64,000 bases of DNA from Bacteroidales bacterium (GCA_017464285.1 JAFUDT010000013.1:379175-443174), one strand, 5' to 3'. Positions 14,607 through 25,100 are shown, counted from the first letter of the stretch. Program-made: numbers and translations. Notes: generated by a model not told the origin, from the letters alone.

Positions 14607-17600
14607 ATAGTTTGTTGATTGTTATGGTGATTTCCAGACCTTTGGCGGGAAGATTGCGGGCACTCAGGCGGCCATGGAGACGCCTGAGCAGCTCCTGGGT
14701 GATGACCAGCCCCAAACGGCCGGGCCGGGTAAGGTGCTTCAGTATTTCCGCCTCCATGCCCGGGCCCTGGTCTGAGACCGAGATGCGGACTGCTCCTTTT
14801 TCTTCCCGGGCCGAGACAAGGATATTTCCCTCGCGGGGAGAGAACTTGACGGCGTTTTCTGTCAGGTTTCTCAGACAGCAGAGCAGCATGTTGCGGTCGG
14901 TCAGCACCTGCAGTTCCGGAAGGATATCCACTTCGAGCCCCAGCTCTTTGGCCGCAGCGGATTCCTGGCTGCTTCTGAGGGCTTCCAGGGCAATGTCACG
15001 GAGACTTTCCCGCCTCATGACCGGTTCGAGCATCCCTTTCTGACTCACCGACCACATGAGCAGATTCTCCAGCAACGACTGCGTGTCGGTGGCCGTCTCA
15101 CGGAGCTGGCCCAGCCCCCGGGAAAGCATTTCGCGGGGCAGATCCGCCTGCCGGCGTTCCAGCTCGGCCGCCAGCTGCTGTATTCCGTGGACCGGATTTC
15201 TCAGGTCGTGCGAGACAATCGAGAAGAAATGGTTGCGGGTATCGAGCTCTTCCCGGATGCGGAGCGTCTTCTCCTTGACGGCTTCCTCTAAGCGGCGACG
15301 GTCGGCTTTCAGTTTCTTTTCACGCAGGAAGACAAACAGCCACAGGAGCAGGAACAGCACCAGCCCGTAGAGCAGCACCATGGGCCAGCGTCGCCACCAA
15401 GGTACGGGTATGACAAAATCATGCCGGTATTCTTCCCCTTCCAGCCAGCGGCCGAACAAATCGGTGTGCTGGATACGCAGGCGATAACGGCCGGGCGGAA
15501 GTCCGCTGTAGCGTCCCGAGAGGGTGGGAGGGACCGCCTCCACCCAATCCCGGTCCACGCCCTCGAGCCGGTAGCGGTATTGCCGCCGGGCAGCCAGGGC
15601 CAGGTCGGAAGAAGAGAAAGAGAAGTGCAGGTCCCGCTCGCCCGACGGCCGCTCTGTCAGCAAAAGCCTGGAAGGCGGAATATCCAGCAGACTGTCAGGA
15701 TCGAACAGCACCACACCCGAAGGGCCGCCGAAGGCCAGCCGGCCGTCCTGCAGGCGGCAGGAGACATGCTCCCCGTAGGAATCGCTCAGAAACCCGGCCG
15801 CAGGATGGGCTATGCCGATGCTGCTGTCCCTGTCGATAAAAAACAGCCCGTTTTCCGTGCCGGCCCACAGCCGTCCGCTGCCGTCGGCCTCTACCGACTG
15901 GACGCAGAGCCCCTCCAGCAGCCTCCGTCCGGAGGGCGTCCACAGTCCTCCGCGCGTAGCGACCCACAGGCTGCTGTCGGCGGCCAGACAAAGGTCGGTG
16001 ACATAATCGTCGGGCAGGGCGGCAGGCCCTCCCGGACGGGCCAGATATTTCCTCACGTGGCCGCTTTCGGGATCGATGATGTTCAGGCCGGCTTCGGTGG
16101 TGCCATAGACCAGACGGCCCTGAGCATCCTCCAGCAGCCGGCTGGCCAGTCGGCTGCTCAGATAGATGCAGCTGTCCACTCCCGGCCGGGGATATTTGAA
16201 AGGACTGAGCCAGCGTGGCTCCATGGTCTTGCCCGTAGCGCGGTCCCACTCGTTCAGGCCGACCCCTTCCCAGGTGGCCACATAGAAACGTCCCCGGCTG
16301 TCCTCCAGAAAATCGGCAATCCAGTTGGAGGTGATGCGGTCTTCTTCGGCCACGACATGCTGCCGCCGTGGAATCGGCCCGCTCACAGCGCTTCGGCTCA
16401 GCTGTCCCTGCCGCCAGACATTGAAGCCGCAGCCTGCCCAGAGACCTATATATACAGCTCCTTGCCGGTCTTCGTAGAGGCAGGAGACATATCCCTCGTT
16501 CTGACGGCCCGCCACCCGGTAGTCGACCGGCTGTATCTCCCCGCTTTCGAGGTCCACCCTCATGGCCCCCTTGTCGGCCGTACCTATCCACAGACGGCCG
16601 TCACGACTCTGCATCAGGGCGGTGACCTGCTGCGAGGGCAGACCCTTGCGCCGGGTCAGACAAACTGTCTGCTGCAGGAAAGGTGACAGTACCGACAGGC
16701 CGTTGTTGCCTCCCACCCAGAGATTGCCTTGCCGGTCTTCGTACAGGCAGAACAGCTCGGTCGAGCCTATGGAAGTCTCGTCGTCGGGATCGTGGCGGAA
16801 CACCGGGCTGCGTGCCGGGTCATCGGTATCGACCCGCGCCAGTCCGTAGGAGCCGGCTGCCCAGATGCGGCCCCGAGAGTCGCGCAGCAGACTGCCGTGG
16901 GCCAGAGGCATACGGCCCAGACTGTGGTAGCCGCGGCCGTCCTCATCGAGCTCCAGTAGGCGGTTGCGGTAGTCGTCAAAAGCCAGCAGCCTGCCCCCGA
17001 GGCCCGTGACATAGCTGCCGGTGTTCTCCCCGCCACTTGCCGGCACCGACACGATGCTGACAGAGTCTTTGTTGCTGATCACCTGGCTGTTCACCATGCG
17101 TCCGCCCAACCACAGCCGGCCAAGGCTGTCTTCAAAAATCTGCTGATAGGGATAGTCGCCCTCGAAATCGCCGATCAGGTAGCGGGCGGAGTCCAGCTTG
17201 ACGATGCCCCGGCCCTCGCGGTAGCAGAGCCGGTAGAGCAGGCTGTCCTTGGTGGCCGCCCAGGTGTCGCCCCGCGAATCGGTCAGCAGGGCGCGGATAT
17301 GTCGCCCGGGCAGGGCAGTGAAACGACGGCCGTCGCGCACGCAGAGTCCGCCGCCGGTACCGATCCACAGGCGGCCGCCGGCATCGGTGCATAGCGCATT
17401 GATGCGGTGGTCGGGCAGGCCGTCGCTCTTGTCCCACTTGCGGAAGGCAATCCCGTCGAAACAGTTCAGGCCGTTGCGGGTCCCGACCCACAGCCGTCCC
17501 TCGGCATCCTGTACAATGGCCTGCACGATGTTGGAGCTCAGCCCCTCGGCCACCGTGTAGTTGACAAAGCGGCAGCCGGGCTGCCGCAGGGACGGCCCAC

Positions 17601-17682
17601 GGGGCGGGTCAGGAGCCGGGGCGGCGGAGAACAGCGCGTTCCAAGCCAGTGTCAGTATCAGCGTCAGGAGAGTCTTGCGCAT
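14599..17682 (-). CDS. Sensor histidine kinase with periplasmic beta-propeller / Y_Y_Y sensor region
   Basis: 1027 aa; signal peptide; many ...W(V/I)GT.(N/G)GL... propeller repeats; single TM (WPMVLLYGLVLFLLLWLFVFL); H-box FFSIVSHDLRNPV, N-box NLTENAVKFSP, G-box DQGPGM; overlaps the regulator gene by 8 nt. Confidence 0.88.
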   Translation of the reverse strand: MRKTLLTLILTLAWNALFSAAPAPDPPRGPSLRQPGCRFVNYTVAEGLSSNIVQAIVQDAEGRLWVGTRNGLNCFDGIAFRKWDKSDGLPDHRINALCTDAGGRLWIGTGGGLCVRDGRRFTALPGRHIRALLTDSRGDTWAATKDSLLYRLCYREGRGIVKLDSARYLIGDFEGDYPYQQIFEDSLGRLWLGGRMVNSQVISNKDSVSIVSVPASGGENTGSYVTGLGGRLLAFDDYRNRLLELDEDGRGYHSLGRMPLAHGSLLRDSRGRIWAAGSYGLARVDTDDPARSPVFRHDPDDETSIGSTELFCLYEDRQGNLWVGGNNGLSVLSPFLQQTVCLTRRKGLPSQQVTALMQSRDGRLWIGTADKGAMRVDLESGEIQPVDYRVAGRQNEGYVSCLYEDRQGAVYIGLWAGCGFNVWRQGQLSRSAVSGPIPRRQHVVAEEDRITSNWIADFLEDSRGRFYVATWEGVGLNEWDRATGKTMEPRWLSPFKYPRPGVDSCIYLSSRLASRLLEDAQGRLVYGTTEAGLNIIDPESGHVRKYLARPGGPAALPDDYVTDLCLAADSSLWVATRGGLWTPSGRRLLEGLCVQSVEADGSGRLWAGTENGLFFIDRDSSIGIAHPAAGFLSDSYGEHVSCRLQDGRLAFGGPSGVVLFDPDSLLDIPPSRLLLTERPSGERDLHFSFSSSDLALAARRQYRYRLEGVDRDWVEAVPPTLSGRYSGLPPGRYRLRIQHTDLFGRWLEGEEYRHDFVIPVPWWRRWPMVLLYGLVLFLLLWLFVFLREKKLKADRRRLEEAVKEKTLRIREELDTRNHFFSIVSHDLRNPVHGIQQLAAELERRQADLPREMLSRGLGQLRETATDTQSLLENLLMWSVSQKGMLEPVMRRESLRDIALEALRSSQESAAAKELGLEVDILPELQVLTDRNMLLCCLRNLTENAVKFSPREGNILVSAREEKGAVRISVSDQGPGMEAEILKHLTRPGRLGLVITQELLRRLHGRLSARNLPAKGLEITITINKLYE

Positions 17683-17852
17683 CGCCGGGAGGATTTCTGC
17701 CGCAAAGCTATCATTCTTTGCCGGATTATCATAGTTAATGCTGTCTTTTATCGGCAGTTGTGGTGATTTTCACCACAGAAGAAATCCGTCAAAGAAATAT
17801 TTTTGCCGCAGTCAACTTTCATACATCTCAACCAATTAAACAAACAGTCGTT

Positions 17853-19487
17853 ATGAAACAGCTTATCAGATTATTATCGGCCCTGGCAGTATTCCTGCCC
17901 CTGGTCTCCTGCGAGGAAACGGGTGAAGGCCCCTCAAAGGACGACCTGGTCGGCACCTGGCGTTCGGAGAAAGTCCTGATTGACGGTGAAAGACAAGATG
18001 TCACCATGTATATTACGATCGACAAGGACGGCAGCGGTTACCTGGACGACCCCGACGACCGTTTCCGCTACGAGCTCGACGGCAGCAAGCTGACCGTCCG
18101 TCCGCCCAGGGGCGACGAGGAATATGTCTTCACTGTGGAGATGAAGAATTCCGACGAGATGATCCTCAAGGGCAACGTGGTTCCCGGCTCCGATGCCAAA
18201 GTCAGTTTCGAGGGATATTTCAAGCGCGTCAGCGGCAGCGGTGGCAGTGGTGACAACAACGGCGACAACGGCAATAACGGCGGCAACGACAGCGGCGACG
18301 GCAGCTACAGCGACGATCTTATCAGCTTCAGCGCCGTGGGCGAGCCTGTCTGGGAACGTGAGGGCAATTTCTATTTCGCCGTTTACTACTGGTCTTTCCG
18401 CATCAAGGACGAACAGCTCTCCCTGAATATCTACAGCGAAGAGGGTAGGGACTATACCTACGGCATCGGCTATTATCCGGTGGGCAGGGAGAACACGCCC
18501 CCGCGCTATTTCAACGGCAACGATCAGGGACGGGACAGCCATGAGCAGGCCGGCATCAGTGACGACGGACGGGAAATCTTCGTCCGTTCGCGCATCAAGG
18601 CCGACAACGACAAGACGGCCCGCTGCTATGTGTATCTGTCCAAAAAGGGATCCGACGGCAGTCTGTCGGGCGGCAGTTTCTTCTACGGATCGACATTCAC
18701 CGTCGTGTTCGATCCCGATGCCGCCAACGACGTCAGCCAGGATATAGGCGTGGCCATGCCCGAGCAGGAAAGCCATACGGCGACCTCCATTACGCTGCGC
18801 TCTTCGTTTACCGGCACCTACACCAGCAGCGAACCCTTCCGCGAGGCGGCCTGCGGCTTCCTGCTCTGTCCGGCCTCCCAGGGCGCGCCCCAGTGGGGTG
18901 AGGCCAGTACGATCGACTGCACCCAGTCTGCCTGGGACAACAATGGAGAAAAGTTCGTTGGCACTTTCGACAATCTGGAGCCGGGGCAACAATATAATGT
19001 CTGTGCCTGGCTCGTAATGAAGCCCGGCAGTGACCCCATTCTGAGCGACTGGCGTTCGGTGGGAACCCAGAAGGGCAATGACAATCCCGACAACGAGGTG
19101 AACTGGGTCAAGATTGAGAATGTCGCTTCCAGCCAGGACGGCAGTTCCCTCAATGTCAGCGTCTCAGCCTATTTCGACAGCGGCACCCCGGTCGGCATCG
19201 GCGTATGCTACAACACCACGGGCAGCCCCACGGTGGCCGACGCCCTGTACAACGCCTTCGAGCACATCGATTTTGAGAAAGGAGAATACGACGATACCAT
19301 TATCTCCATGATCGACAACAAAGACGGATCCAAGACAGTGACCGCGGTCATCAGCGGACTGCGGCCCGGGACAACCTACTATCTACGCAGCTACATGCAG
19401 TGGGCCTCTGACGAGATTCATCCGATCATCTACGATGAAGCGGTCTCAGTCACCACCTTGGTACCGGATGCCCCCGATTCCAAGTAG
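17853..19487 (+). CDS. Lipoprotein of unknown function (lipocalin-like N-terminal part, Gly/Asn/Asp-rich linker)
   Basis: I place the start at MKQLIRLLSALAVFLPLVSCEE (lipobox; ATG at 17853) rather than the ORF-track start at 17760. Low-complexity SGSGGSGDNNGDNGNNGGNDSGDGS linker. Confidence 0.65.
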   Translation: MKQLIRLLSALAVFLPLVSCEETGEGPSKDDLVGTWRSEKVLIDGERQDVTMYITIDKDGSGYLDDPDDRFRYELDGSKLTVRPPRGDEEYVFTVEMKNSDEMILKGNVVPGSDAKVSFEGYFKRVSGSGGSGDNNGDNGNNGGNDSGDGSYSDDLISFSAVGEPVWEREGNFYFAVYYWSFRIKDEQLSLNIYSEEGRDYTYGIGYYPVGRENTPPRYFNGNDQGRDSHEQAGISDDGREIFVRSRIKADNDKTARCYVYLSKKGSDGSLSGGSFFYGSTFTVVFDPDAANDVSQDIGVAMPEQESHTATSITLRSSFTGTYTSSEPFREAACGFLLCPASQGAPQWGEASTIDCTQSAWDNNGEKFVGTFDNLEPGQQYNVCAWLVMKPGSDPILSDWRSVGTQKGNDNPDNEVNWVKIENVASSQDGSSLNVSVSAYFDSGTPVGIGVCYNTTGSPTVADALYNAFEHIDFEKGEYDDTIISMIDNKDGSKTVTAVISGLRPGTTYYLRSYMQWASDEIHPIIYDEAVSVTTLVPDAPDSK

Positions 19488-19518
19488 ACAACGATATCCG
19501 CAAGACCGGGACCGCTTA

Positions 19519-19547
19519 AGCCGCGACAAATGTCGCGGCTTTTTTTC
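19519..19547 (+). terminator. Rho-independent terminator
   Basis: AGCCGCGACA-AAT-GTCGCGGCT stem-loop followed by TTTTTTT. Confidence 0.65.
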
Positions 19548-19648
19548 TTTGTCCAAGGGTTAAATAATTCAAATAGCAGATTGTATCGCTTGCGATATAA
19601 AATAATTGCCGTACATTTGTGTCGCAAACGATATAAATAAAACAAGCT

Positions 19649-20125
19649 ATGGAAAAGATTTACGACTTCAAGGCGCTGACAAGCAAAGGTAAGGAACTGG
19701 ATTTCTCCCAGTTCGAAGGCAAAGTGTTGCTCATCGTGAATACGGCCAGCAAATGCGGTCTGACACCGCAATTCGCCGGCCTGGAAGAGCTCAACCAAAA
19801 GTACAAAGACCGCGGACTGGTCGTCATCGGCTTCCCCTCGGGCGATTTTGCCAACCAGGAACTCTCCGACGGCTCCAAGGCCGAAGAGTTCTGCCAGCTC
19901 AACTACGGCGTCAGCTTCCAGATCATGAAGAAGATCCACGTGAACGGCCAGGAGGCCGATCCGATCTTCAAATATCTGAAAAGCCGCACCAAGGGCCTTT
20001 TCAGTTCGGCCATCAAGTGGAACTTCACCAAATTCCTGATCTCCAGGGACGGCACGGTTGTCAAGAGATACGCGCCGACCGTCAAGCCCGAAAAACTCAC
20101 CAAGGACATCGAAGCGATGCTCTAA
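19649..20125 (+). CDS. Glutathione peroxidase family protein
   Basis: 158 aa; NTASKCGLTPQF active-site Cys context, GFPSGDFANQE, WNFTKFLI. Confidence 0.92.
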   Translation: MEKIYDFKALTSKGKELDFSQFEGKVLLIVNTASKCGLTPQFAGLEELNQKYKDRGLVVIGFPSGDFANQELSDGSKAEEFCQLNYGVSFQIMKKIHVNGQEADPIFKYLKSRTKGLFSSAIKWNFTKFLISRDGTVVKRYAPTVKPEKLTKDIEAML

Positions 20126-20148
20126 GGCATCCCACCTACCCGAAGCCC

Positions 20149-20592
20149 ATGTATCCCGAACTACAGATAGACAGACAGCTCTGCTTCAGACTCTATACGG
20201 CCTCCCGTCTGGTGACGGGGGCCTACACCCCGATGCTGACCGCTCTGGGCATCACCTATCCCCAGTACCTGGTGCTGCTGGTGCTCTGGGAAAAAGACCG
20301 GCAGCCGGTAGGCGAGATTGCCCGGCGGCTGCTGCTGGAGACCAACACGATCACACCGCTGCTGCAACGCATGGAAAAGCAGGGCCTGCTCTCCCGCACC
20401 CGCGGGGAGAGCGACCGCCGGCAGCAGATCGTCGCCCTGACAGACAAGGGCAGGGCCCTGCAGGAGCAGGCCCTGACAACCGTGCCCCGGGGACTGGGCC
20501 TCAAGCTGTCGGCCTGTCCTCTCGGTGCGGAAGACTACCGGCAGCTGGCCGAGGGCCTGGACCAGATCATCGCCACCCTGTCTCAGCAGTAG
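20149..20592 (+). CDS. MarR family transcriptional regulator (OhrR-like)
   Basis: I place the start at MYPELQIDRQLCFRLY (ATG at 20149) within the longer ORF-track frame 19753..20592. Winged-helix core ITYPQYLVLLVLWE...VGEIARRL...ITPLLQRMEKQGLLSR...DRRQ; sits next to the peroxidase gene. Confidence 0.85.
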   Translation: MYPELQIDRQLCFRLYTASRLVTGAYTPMLTALGITYPQYLVLLVLWEKDRQPVGEIARRLLLETNTITPLLQRMEKQGLLSRTRGESDRRQQIVALTDKGRALQEQALTTVPRGLGLKLSACPLGAEDYRQLAEGLDQIIATLSQQ

Positions 20593-20626
20593 GCCTCCCC
20601 CAGTATTTCCCTGCCGGGAAAGTCTG

Positions 20627-20670
20627 CTTGCCCGTCCGATACACGGAAGGGCAAGTCTGTTTTATTATTT
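20627..20670 (+). terminator. Rho-independent terminator after marR
   Basis: CTTGCCC ... GGGCAAG stem followed by TCTGTTTTATTATTT. Confidence 0.5.
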
Positions 20671-20737
20671 CAAGCCCTTGTTTTATAAAATCATATTTTA
20701 TACTTTTGCCTCGAAATATAAAATATCATTTTAATAT

Positions 20738-22015
20738 ATGGTCAACAAGGCATTACTCAAACAGATACTTATTGACAACCGACAAGAGATCGAGGCCTAT
20801 AACATTGTACACAGAGACATTGTTACAGAGGGATTTGACTGTTATGTCTTCGTCGGAGTACGCAGAGCCGGCAAGTCTTTTGTCCTGTACGAGAAGATGC
20901 AGCAGTTATTACATGATGGGCATAGCTGGGATGAAATGCTCTATCTGAGCTTTGAAGATGAACGCCTCGTCGGTTTTACTCACGAGGACTTCAACACCAT
21001 ACTGGAATGTCATATCGAGATGACCGGCAAGGAAAACCCTATGCTGTTCCTTGATGAAATCCAAAATATTGACGGATGGGAGAAGTTTGCCCGCCGCATG
21101 GCGGACAGCAAACACACTGTGTGGATTACCGGTTCGAATGCAAAAATGCTTTCAAAAGAGATTATGACAACCCTTGGCGGACGATATATTCCCATAGAAG
21201 TATATCCGTACAGTTTCGGAGAATATCTTCGTTCAAAAGACTTTCCTGTCGTTGACAATCCCCTGATGAGTACCAGCAGCAAGGCTTTGTTCCTGCGTGA
21301 ATATGCCGAATATATAAATTGGGGAGGCTTACCGGAAAGTGTGCATCTTCCAGTAAAGAGAAATTACCTGAGTTCCGTCTATCAGAAGATATACCTGGGC
21401 GATATATGTGCAAGAAACAAGATAAGCAATTCCAATCTTTTGCGCCTGATGATAAAAAAGATGGCAGATAGTGTGAAGCAACCATTGTCCTACTCCAGAA
21501 TCACTAATATTCTGTCGAGTGTCGGTGGCAAGATTACCATCCCTACCGTCAGCAAGTACATAGAATATTGTGAAGATGCCTGGCTGTTGCTTAGATTACA
21601 TAATATAAATGCCGCATTCGCAGAGCGTGAGACAAACTGCAAGTATTATTTCATTGATAACGGATTGCTCAGCCTGCTTCTCGCAGATCCTTCCGCCACA
21701 TTGCTGGAAAACCTTGTTGCCGTGACCCTTTTCCGCAAATATGGAAATGACAGGGACAATGAACGCATTTTTTTCTATCATCAAACTGTCGAGGTGGATT
21801 TCTACCTTCCCGACGAAGAGCTGGCAATACAGGTGTCCTATTCCCTGGAAAATGCTGACAATGCTGAGAAGCGGGAAGTAGAGGCTCTTCGGAGATTGCC
21901 CCAAAGATTACCCTGTAGGCGAAGAATGATTATCACCTACGATGAAGAAAGAATAATTGAAGATGATTTCGGATTCATCGAAGTAATTCCACTCTGGAAG
22001 TGGCTTATGGGTTAA
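20738..22015 (+). CDS. AAA+ ATPase with C-terminal DUF4143 domain (COG1373 family)
   Basis: 425 aa; Walker A GVRRAGKS, Walker B MLFLDEIQ; family-typical length and C-terminal ...EVDFYLPDE...; GC ~43% inside a ~60% GC backbone. Confidence 0.85.
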   Translation: MVNKALLKQILIDNRQEIEAYNIVHRDIVTEGFDCYVFVGVRRAGKSFVLYEKMQQLLHDGHSWDEMLYLSFEDERLVGFTHEDFNTILECHIEMTGKENPMLFLDEIQNIDGWEKFARRMADSKHTVWITGSNAKMLSKEIMTTLGGRYIPIEVYPYSFGEYLRSKDFPVVDNPLMSTSSKALFLREYAEYINWGGLPESVHLPVKRNYLSSVYQKIYLGDICARNKISNSNLLRLMIKKMADSVKQPLSYSRITNILSSVGGKITIPTVSKYIEYCEDAWLLLRLHNINAAFAERETNCKYYFIDNGLLSLLLADPSATLLENLVAVTLFRKYGNDRDNERIFFYHQTVEVDFYLPDEELAIQVSYSLENADNAEKREVEALRRLPQRLPCRRRMIITYDEERIIEDDFGFIEVIPLWKWLMG

Positions 22016-22051
22016 GGCCGGATTTATCCGATTTCTTCGTACCTTTGCAGC

Positions 22052-22918
22052 ATGGCAATGGAGAGAGCTATTTTCCGTCGGACAGAACTCCTGCTGGGCA
22101 GTGCCGCCATGGCGCGGCTCAACGCCCTGCGCGTGATCATTTTCGGTGTCGGCGGCGTGGGCTCCTGGTGCGCCGAGAGCCTGATACGCTCCGGCATTGA
22201 GGATCTCTGCCTGGTCGATTCCGACCGCATCTGCATCACCAACATCAACCGCCAGCTGATGGCCACCACCCGGACCGTGGGGCAGGTCAAGGTCGAGGCG
22301 CTGCGCGAGCGCCTGCTGAGCATCAACCCCCAGGCCCGCATTACGGCCCTGCAGAAAGTCTACAGCGAGCAGACGGCCGACGAGTTCCAGCTGGACAGCT
22401 ACGACTTTGTCATCGATGCCATCGATTCGCTCAAGGACAAGGCCCTGCTCATCGAACGGGCCTGCCGGTCCCGCGCGGTATTGTTTTCCTCCATGGGCGC
22501 CGCCCTGAAAATGGATCCCACCCGCATCCGGGTGGCCGAATTCTGGAAAGTGCAGGGCGATGCGCTGGCCCGTGCCCTGAGGCACCGCTTCAAGCGTGAG
22601 AAACGCTATCCGCAGCGCAAATTCCTTTGCGTCTATTCCGACGAGGTCCTGCCCAACCTGGGACACAACAGCACCTGCGGCACGGAAAAGTGCCTGTGCC
22701 CCAAGGCGCAGAAGGGCCCCGGAGACCCCGGTCTGCTCAACCACGAATGGTGCAGCTCCAAGGCGCAGATCAACGGCACCACGGCCCATATCACGGCCAT
22801 TTTCGGACTGACCCTGGCCGGACTGGTGCTCCAGACCGCCGTCCGCGATGTCCGGCAGGATGTCCGTACTGCTCCCGGCGATGCCCGTCCTGCCGCCCCG
22901 ACTGCACAAGACTCCTGA
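22052..22918 (+). CDS. tcdA: tRNA threonylcarbamoyladenosine dehydratase (ThiF/E1-like)
   Basis: Rossmann motif VIIFGVGGVGSW, ...DSDRICITNINRQ..., ...DFVIDAIDS... Confidence 0.85.
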   Translation: MAMERAIFRRTELLLGSAAMARLNALRVIIFGVGGVGSWCAESLIRSGIEDLCLVDSDRICITNINRQLMATTRTVGQVKVEALRERLLSINPQARITALQKVYSEQTADEFQLDSYDFVIDAIDSLKDKALLIERACRSRAVLFSSMGAALKMDPTRIRVAEFWKVQGDALARALRHRFKREKRYPQRKFLCVYSDEVLPNLGHNSTCGTEKCLCPKAQKGPGDPGLLNHEWCSSKAQINGTTAHITAIFGLTLAGLVLQTAVRDVRQDVRTAPGDARPAAPTAQDS

Positions 22919-22938
22919 TTTTTTATATCTTCATCACT

Positions 22939-25008
22939 ATGCATCAGACATTTTTCATGCGTCGGGCGCTGCGTTTCCGGAGGTTCATCCGTCGGAAATA
23001 CGCCGCCTTCCTCTCTCTTGGCAGAGAGGTCAGCATCGGCCATCTGTCTGGACATGTTGCAGATTGCCAGTTGCTGAAGAGTGGAGCAGGCAAGACCCTG
23101 GCCTTCCTGTTCCTGAGTATTTTCCTGATTCCCGAAATGGCGGCACAAGATGATGAGGATCCCGAGATTCGCCTGGCGGAAGCCGTGGTCTCTGCACAGA
23201 ACGTCGAGGTTGCCTCCTCGTCGCTCTACACCGTGCAGGTGCTGACGGCCGGGGAAATCGCCAGGATGCCGGTTTCCTCCGTCCAGGACCTGCTCGGGCT
23301 GCTGCCCGGACTGGATGTCCGAACCCGCGGCGGCCATGCCATGCAGGCCGACCTGTCCATGCGCGGCGGCACTTTCGACCAGGTGACCGTCCTGTTGAAC
23401 GGCATCAACATCACCGATGCCCAGACCGGCCATTTCAACCTGGACCTGCCCCTCGACCTGTTGGTGGTCGAACGCATCGAGGTGCTGCAGGGCACGGCCC
23501 TCAGCCTGACGGGGCAGCCCTCCTTCTGCGGGGCGGTCAATATCGTGACCGGCCAGCAGGCGGGCAACCGCATCCGCCTCGGCGCCCAGGCCGGACAGTA
23601 CGGCCTGTGGTCGGGCAATGCCGCCCTGAGCCGCCGTCTGGGAGCCTGGCAATGGACGGCCTCCCTGAGCGCGGGCGGCAGCGAGGGCTATACGGACAAC
23701 ACCGATTTCCGTTCGCAGAGCCTGTTCAGCCAGTGGCGGCGGCCGCTCAGGGGACAGGGCTCGCTGAACCTGCAGGTGGGGCTGCAGGGCAAGGGTTTCG
23801 GGGCCAATTCGTTCTACTCGCTGCGTTATCCCGACCAGTACGAGGACAGCAAGACCCTCCTGCTCTCGGCCGCTCTCAGGCAGGACTTGGGGCGGATGCT
23901 CTGGCAGACCCAGGCTTGGACCAGGTGGCACAACGACCGCTTCGAGCTGTTCCGCGAGGGGCGGGCAGCGGCTCCGGCCTGGTACACGGCCCACAACTAC
24001 CACCTGACCGCCTCCTCGGGTATCAGAAGCTCGCTGAGCCTGCCCGAAAGCTTCGGTCGCACCAGCCTGGGCCTGGACTGTCACAACGACCGCATCTACA
24101 GCAGCGTGCTGGGCGAGCCCCTGAGCCACAGCCTGCGGGCCCCCTTCGCCCCCGACAGCATCCGTCTGGACAAGGGCAGGCAACGCCCTCAGGCGGGGCT
24201 GTTTGCCGAGCAGTTCGTTGCCCTGGGGCAGTGGTCGCTCTCGGCCGGGCTGTCGCTCTTCTACAATAGTCTGTCCGGCCTGGGCTACGGCTATTCGGCT
24301 GCAATAGCCTACCAGACCCCCGGCGGGGGCTCCCTGAGCCTGAACCTGGGCCGCAGCCTGCGCCTGCCGACCTTCACCGACCTCTATTACCAGAGCGCCA
24401 CCCAGACGGCCAACCCCCGTCTGAAGCCCGAAGAGAGCCGTCAGGCAGGGCTGGGCTACGAATACGCAGGCGGTCCCTGGCAAGCCTCACTGACCCTCTT
24501 CGCACGGCAGGGCTCGCAGCTGATCGACTGGGTCAGGCTGCCCTCCGAAGAGAAATGGCGCAGCGTCAATCATACCCGGGTGAGAGCCCTCGGACTGGAA
24601 AGCCGCCTGGCCTGCCGTCCTGCCGGGCTGCCGGTGCTCGAGAAGCTGGAGGCCGCCTACGCCTGGTGCTCGCTCGACAAGGAGGCCGGCGAGCTGCTGT
24701 CGATGTATGCCCTGGAATATCTGCGGCACAAGCTCACGATAGGAGCCTCACTGCGGCTCTATAGGCAGCTGGGACTGGAGACCGTGCTCAGCTTCAGGCA
24801 AAGGGAAGGGCAGTATGCCGACCTGGCCGGCGACCTGCACCGCTACGGGAGCGTCTGGCTGCTGGATACCCGCCTGCACTGGACGGAAAAAGCCTGGAGT
24901 GTCAGCCTGAGCGCCGACAACCTGCTCGACCGCCGCTACTGCGACTACGGAGGCGTGCGGCAGCCCGGCCGCTGGCTCAAGGCCGGTGTCTCCTACGTTT
25001 TTGAATAA
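22939..25008 (+). CDS. TonB-dependent outer-membrane receptor
   Basis: Plug-domain motifs (VQDLLGLLPGLDVRTRGG, DQVTVLLNGINITD), long beta-barrel, C-terminal ...AGVSYVF. The start is uncertain: I took ATG 22939 inside the ORF-track frame 22627..25008. Confidence 0.85.
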   Translation: MHQTFFMRRALRFRRFIRRKYAAFLSLGREVSIGHLSGHVADCQLLKSGAGKTLAFLFLSIFLIPEMAAQDDEDPEIRLAEAVVSAQNVEVASSSLYTVQVLTAGEIARMPVSSVQDLLGLLPGLDVRTRGGHAMQADLSMRGGTFDQVTVLLNGINITDAQTGHFNLDLPLDLLVVERIEVLQGTALSLTGQPSFCGAVNIVTGQQAGNRIRLGAQAGQYGLWSGNAALSRRLGAWQWTASLSAGGSEGYTDNTDFRSQSLFSQWRRPLRGQGSLNLQVGLQGKGFGANSFYSLRYPDQYEDSKTLLLSAALRQDLGRMLWQTQAWTRWHNDRFELFREGRAAAPAWYTAHNYHLTASSGIRSSLSLPESFGRTSLGLDCHNDRIYSSVLGEPLSHSLRAPFAPDSIRLDKGRQRPQAGLFAEQFVALGQWSLSAGLSLFYNSLSGLGYGYSAAIAYQTPGGGSLSLNLGRSLRLPTFTDLYYQSATQTANPRLKPEESRQAGLGYEYAGGPWQASLTLFARQGSQLIDWVRLPSEEKWRSVNHTRVRALGLESRLACRPAGLPVLEKLEAAYAWCSLDKEAGELLSMYALEYLRHKLTIGASLRLYRQLGLETVLSFRQREGQYADLAGDLHRYGSVWLLDTRLHWTEKAWSVSLSADNLLDRRYCDYGGVRQPGRWLKAGVSYVFE

Positions 25009-25100
25009 GCCATCGCCGGCCATGACCAAGACCCCGAAAGTCTCTTCCACAGCCGGCATGACAGAGTTCCACAAGCTCCGGTCCGTACCGGATAACAACA

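Noticed and set aside
22919-22938. Riboswitch upstream of the TonB-dependent receptor
   Set aside because: Only ~20 nt separate the tcdA stop from the first plausible receptor start, which leaves no room for an aptamer.
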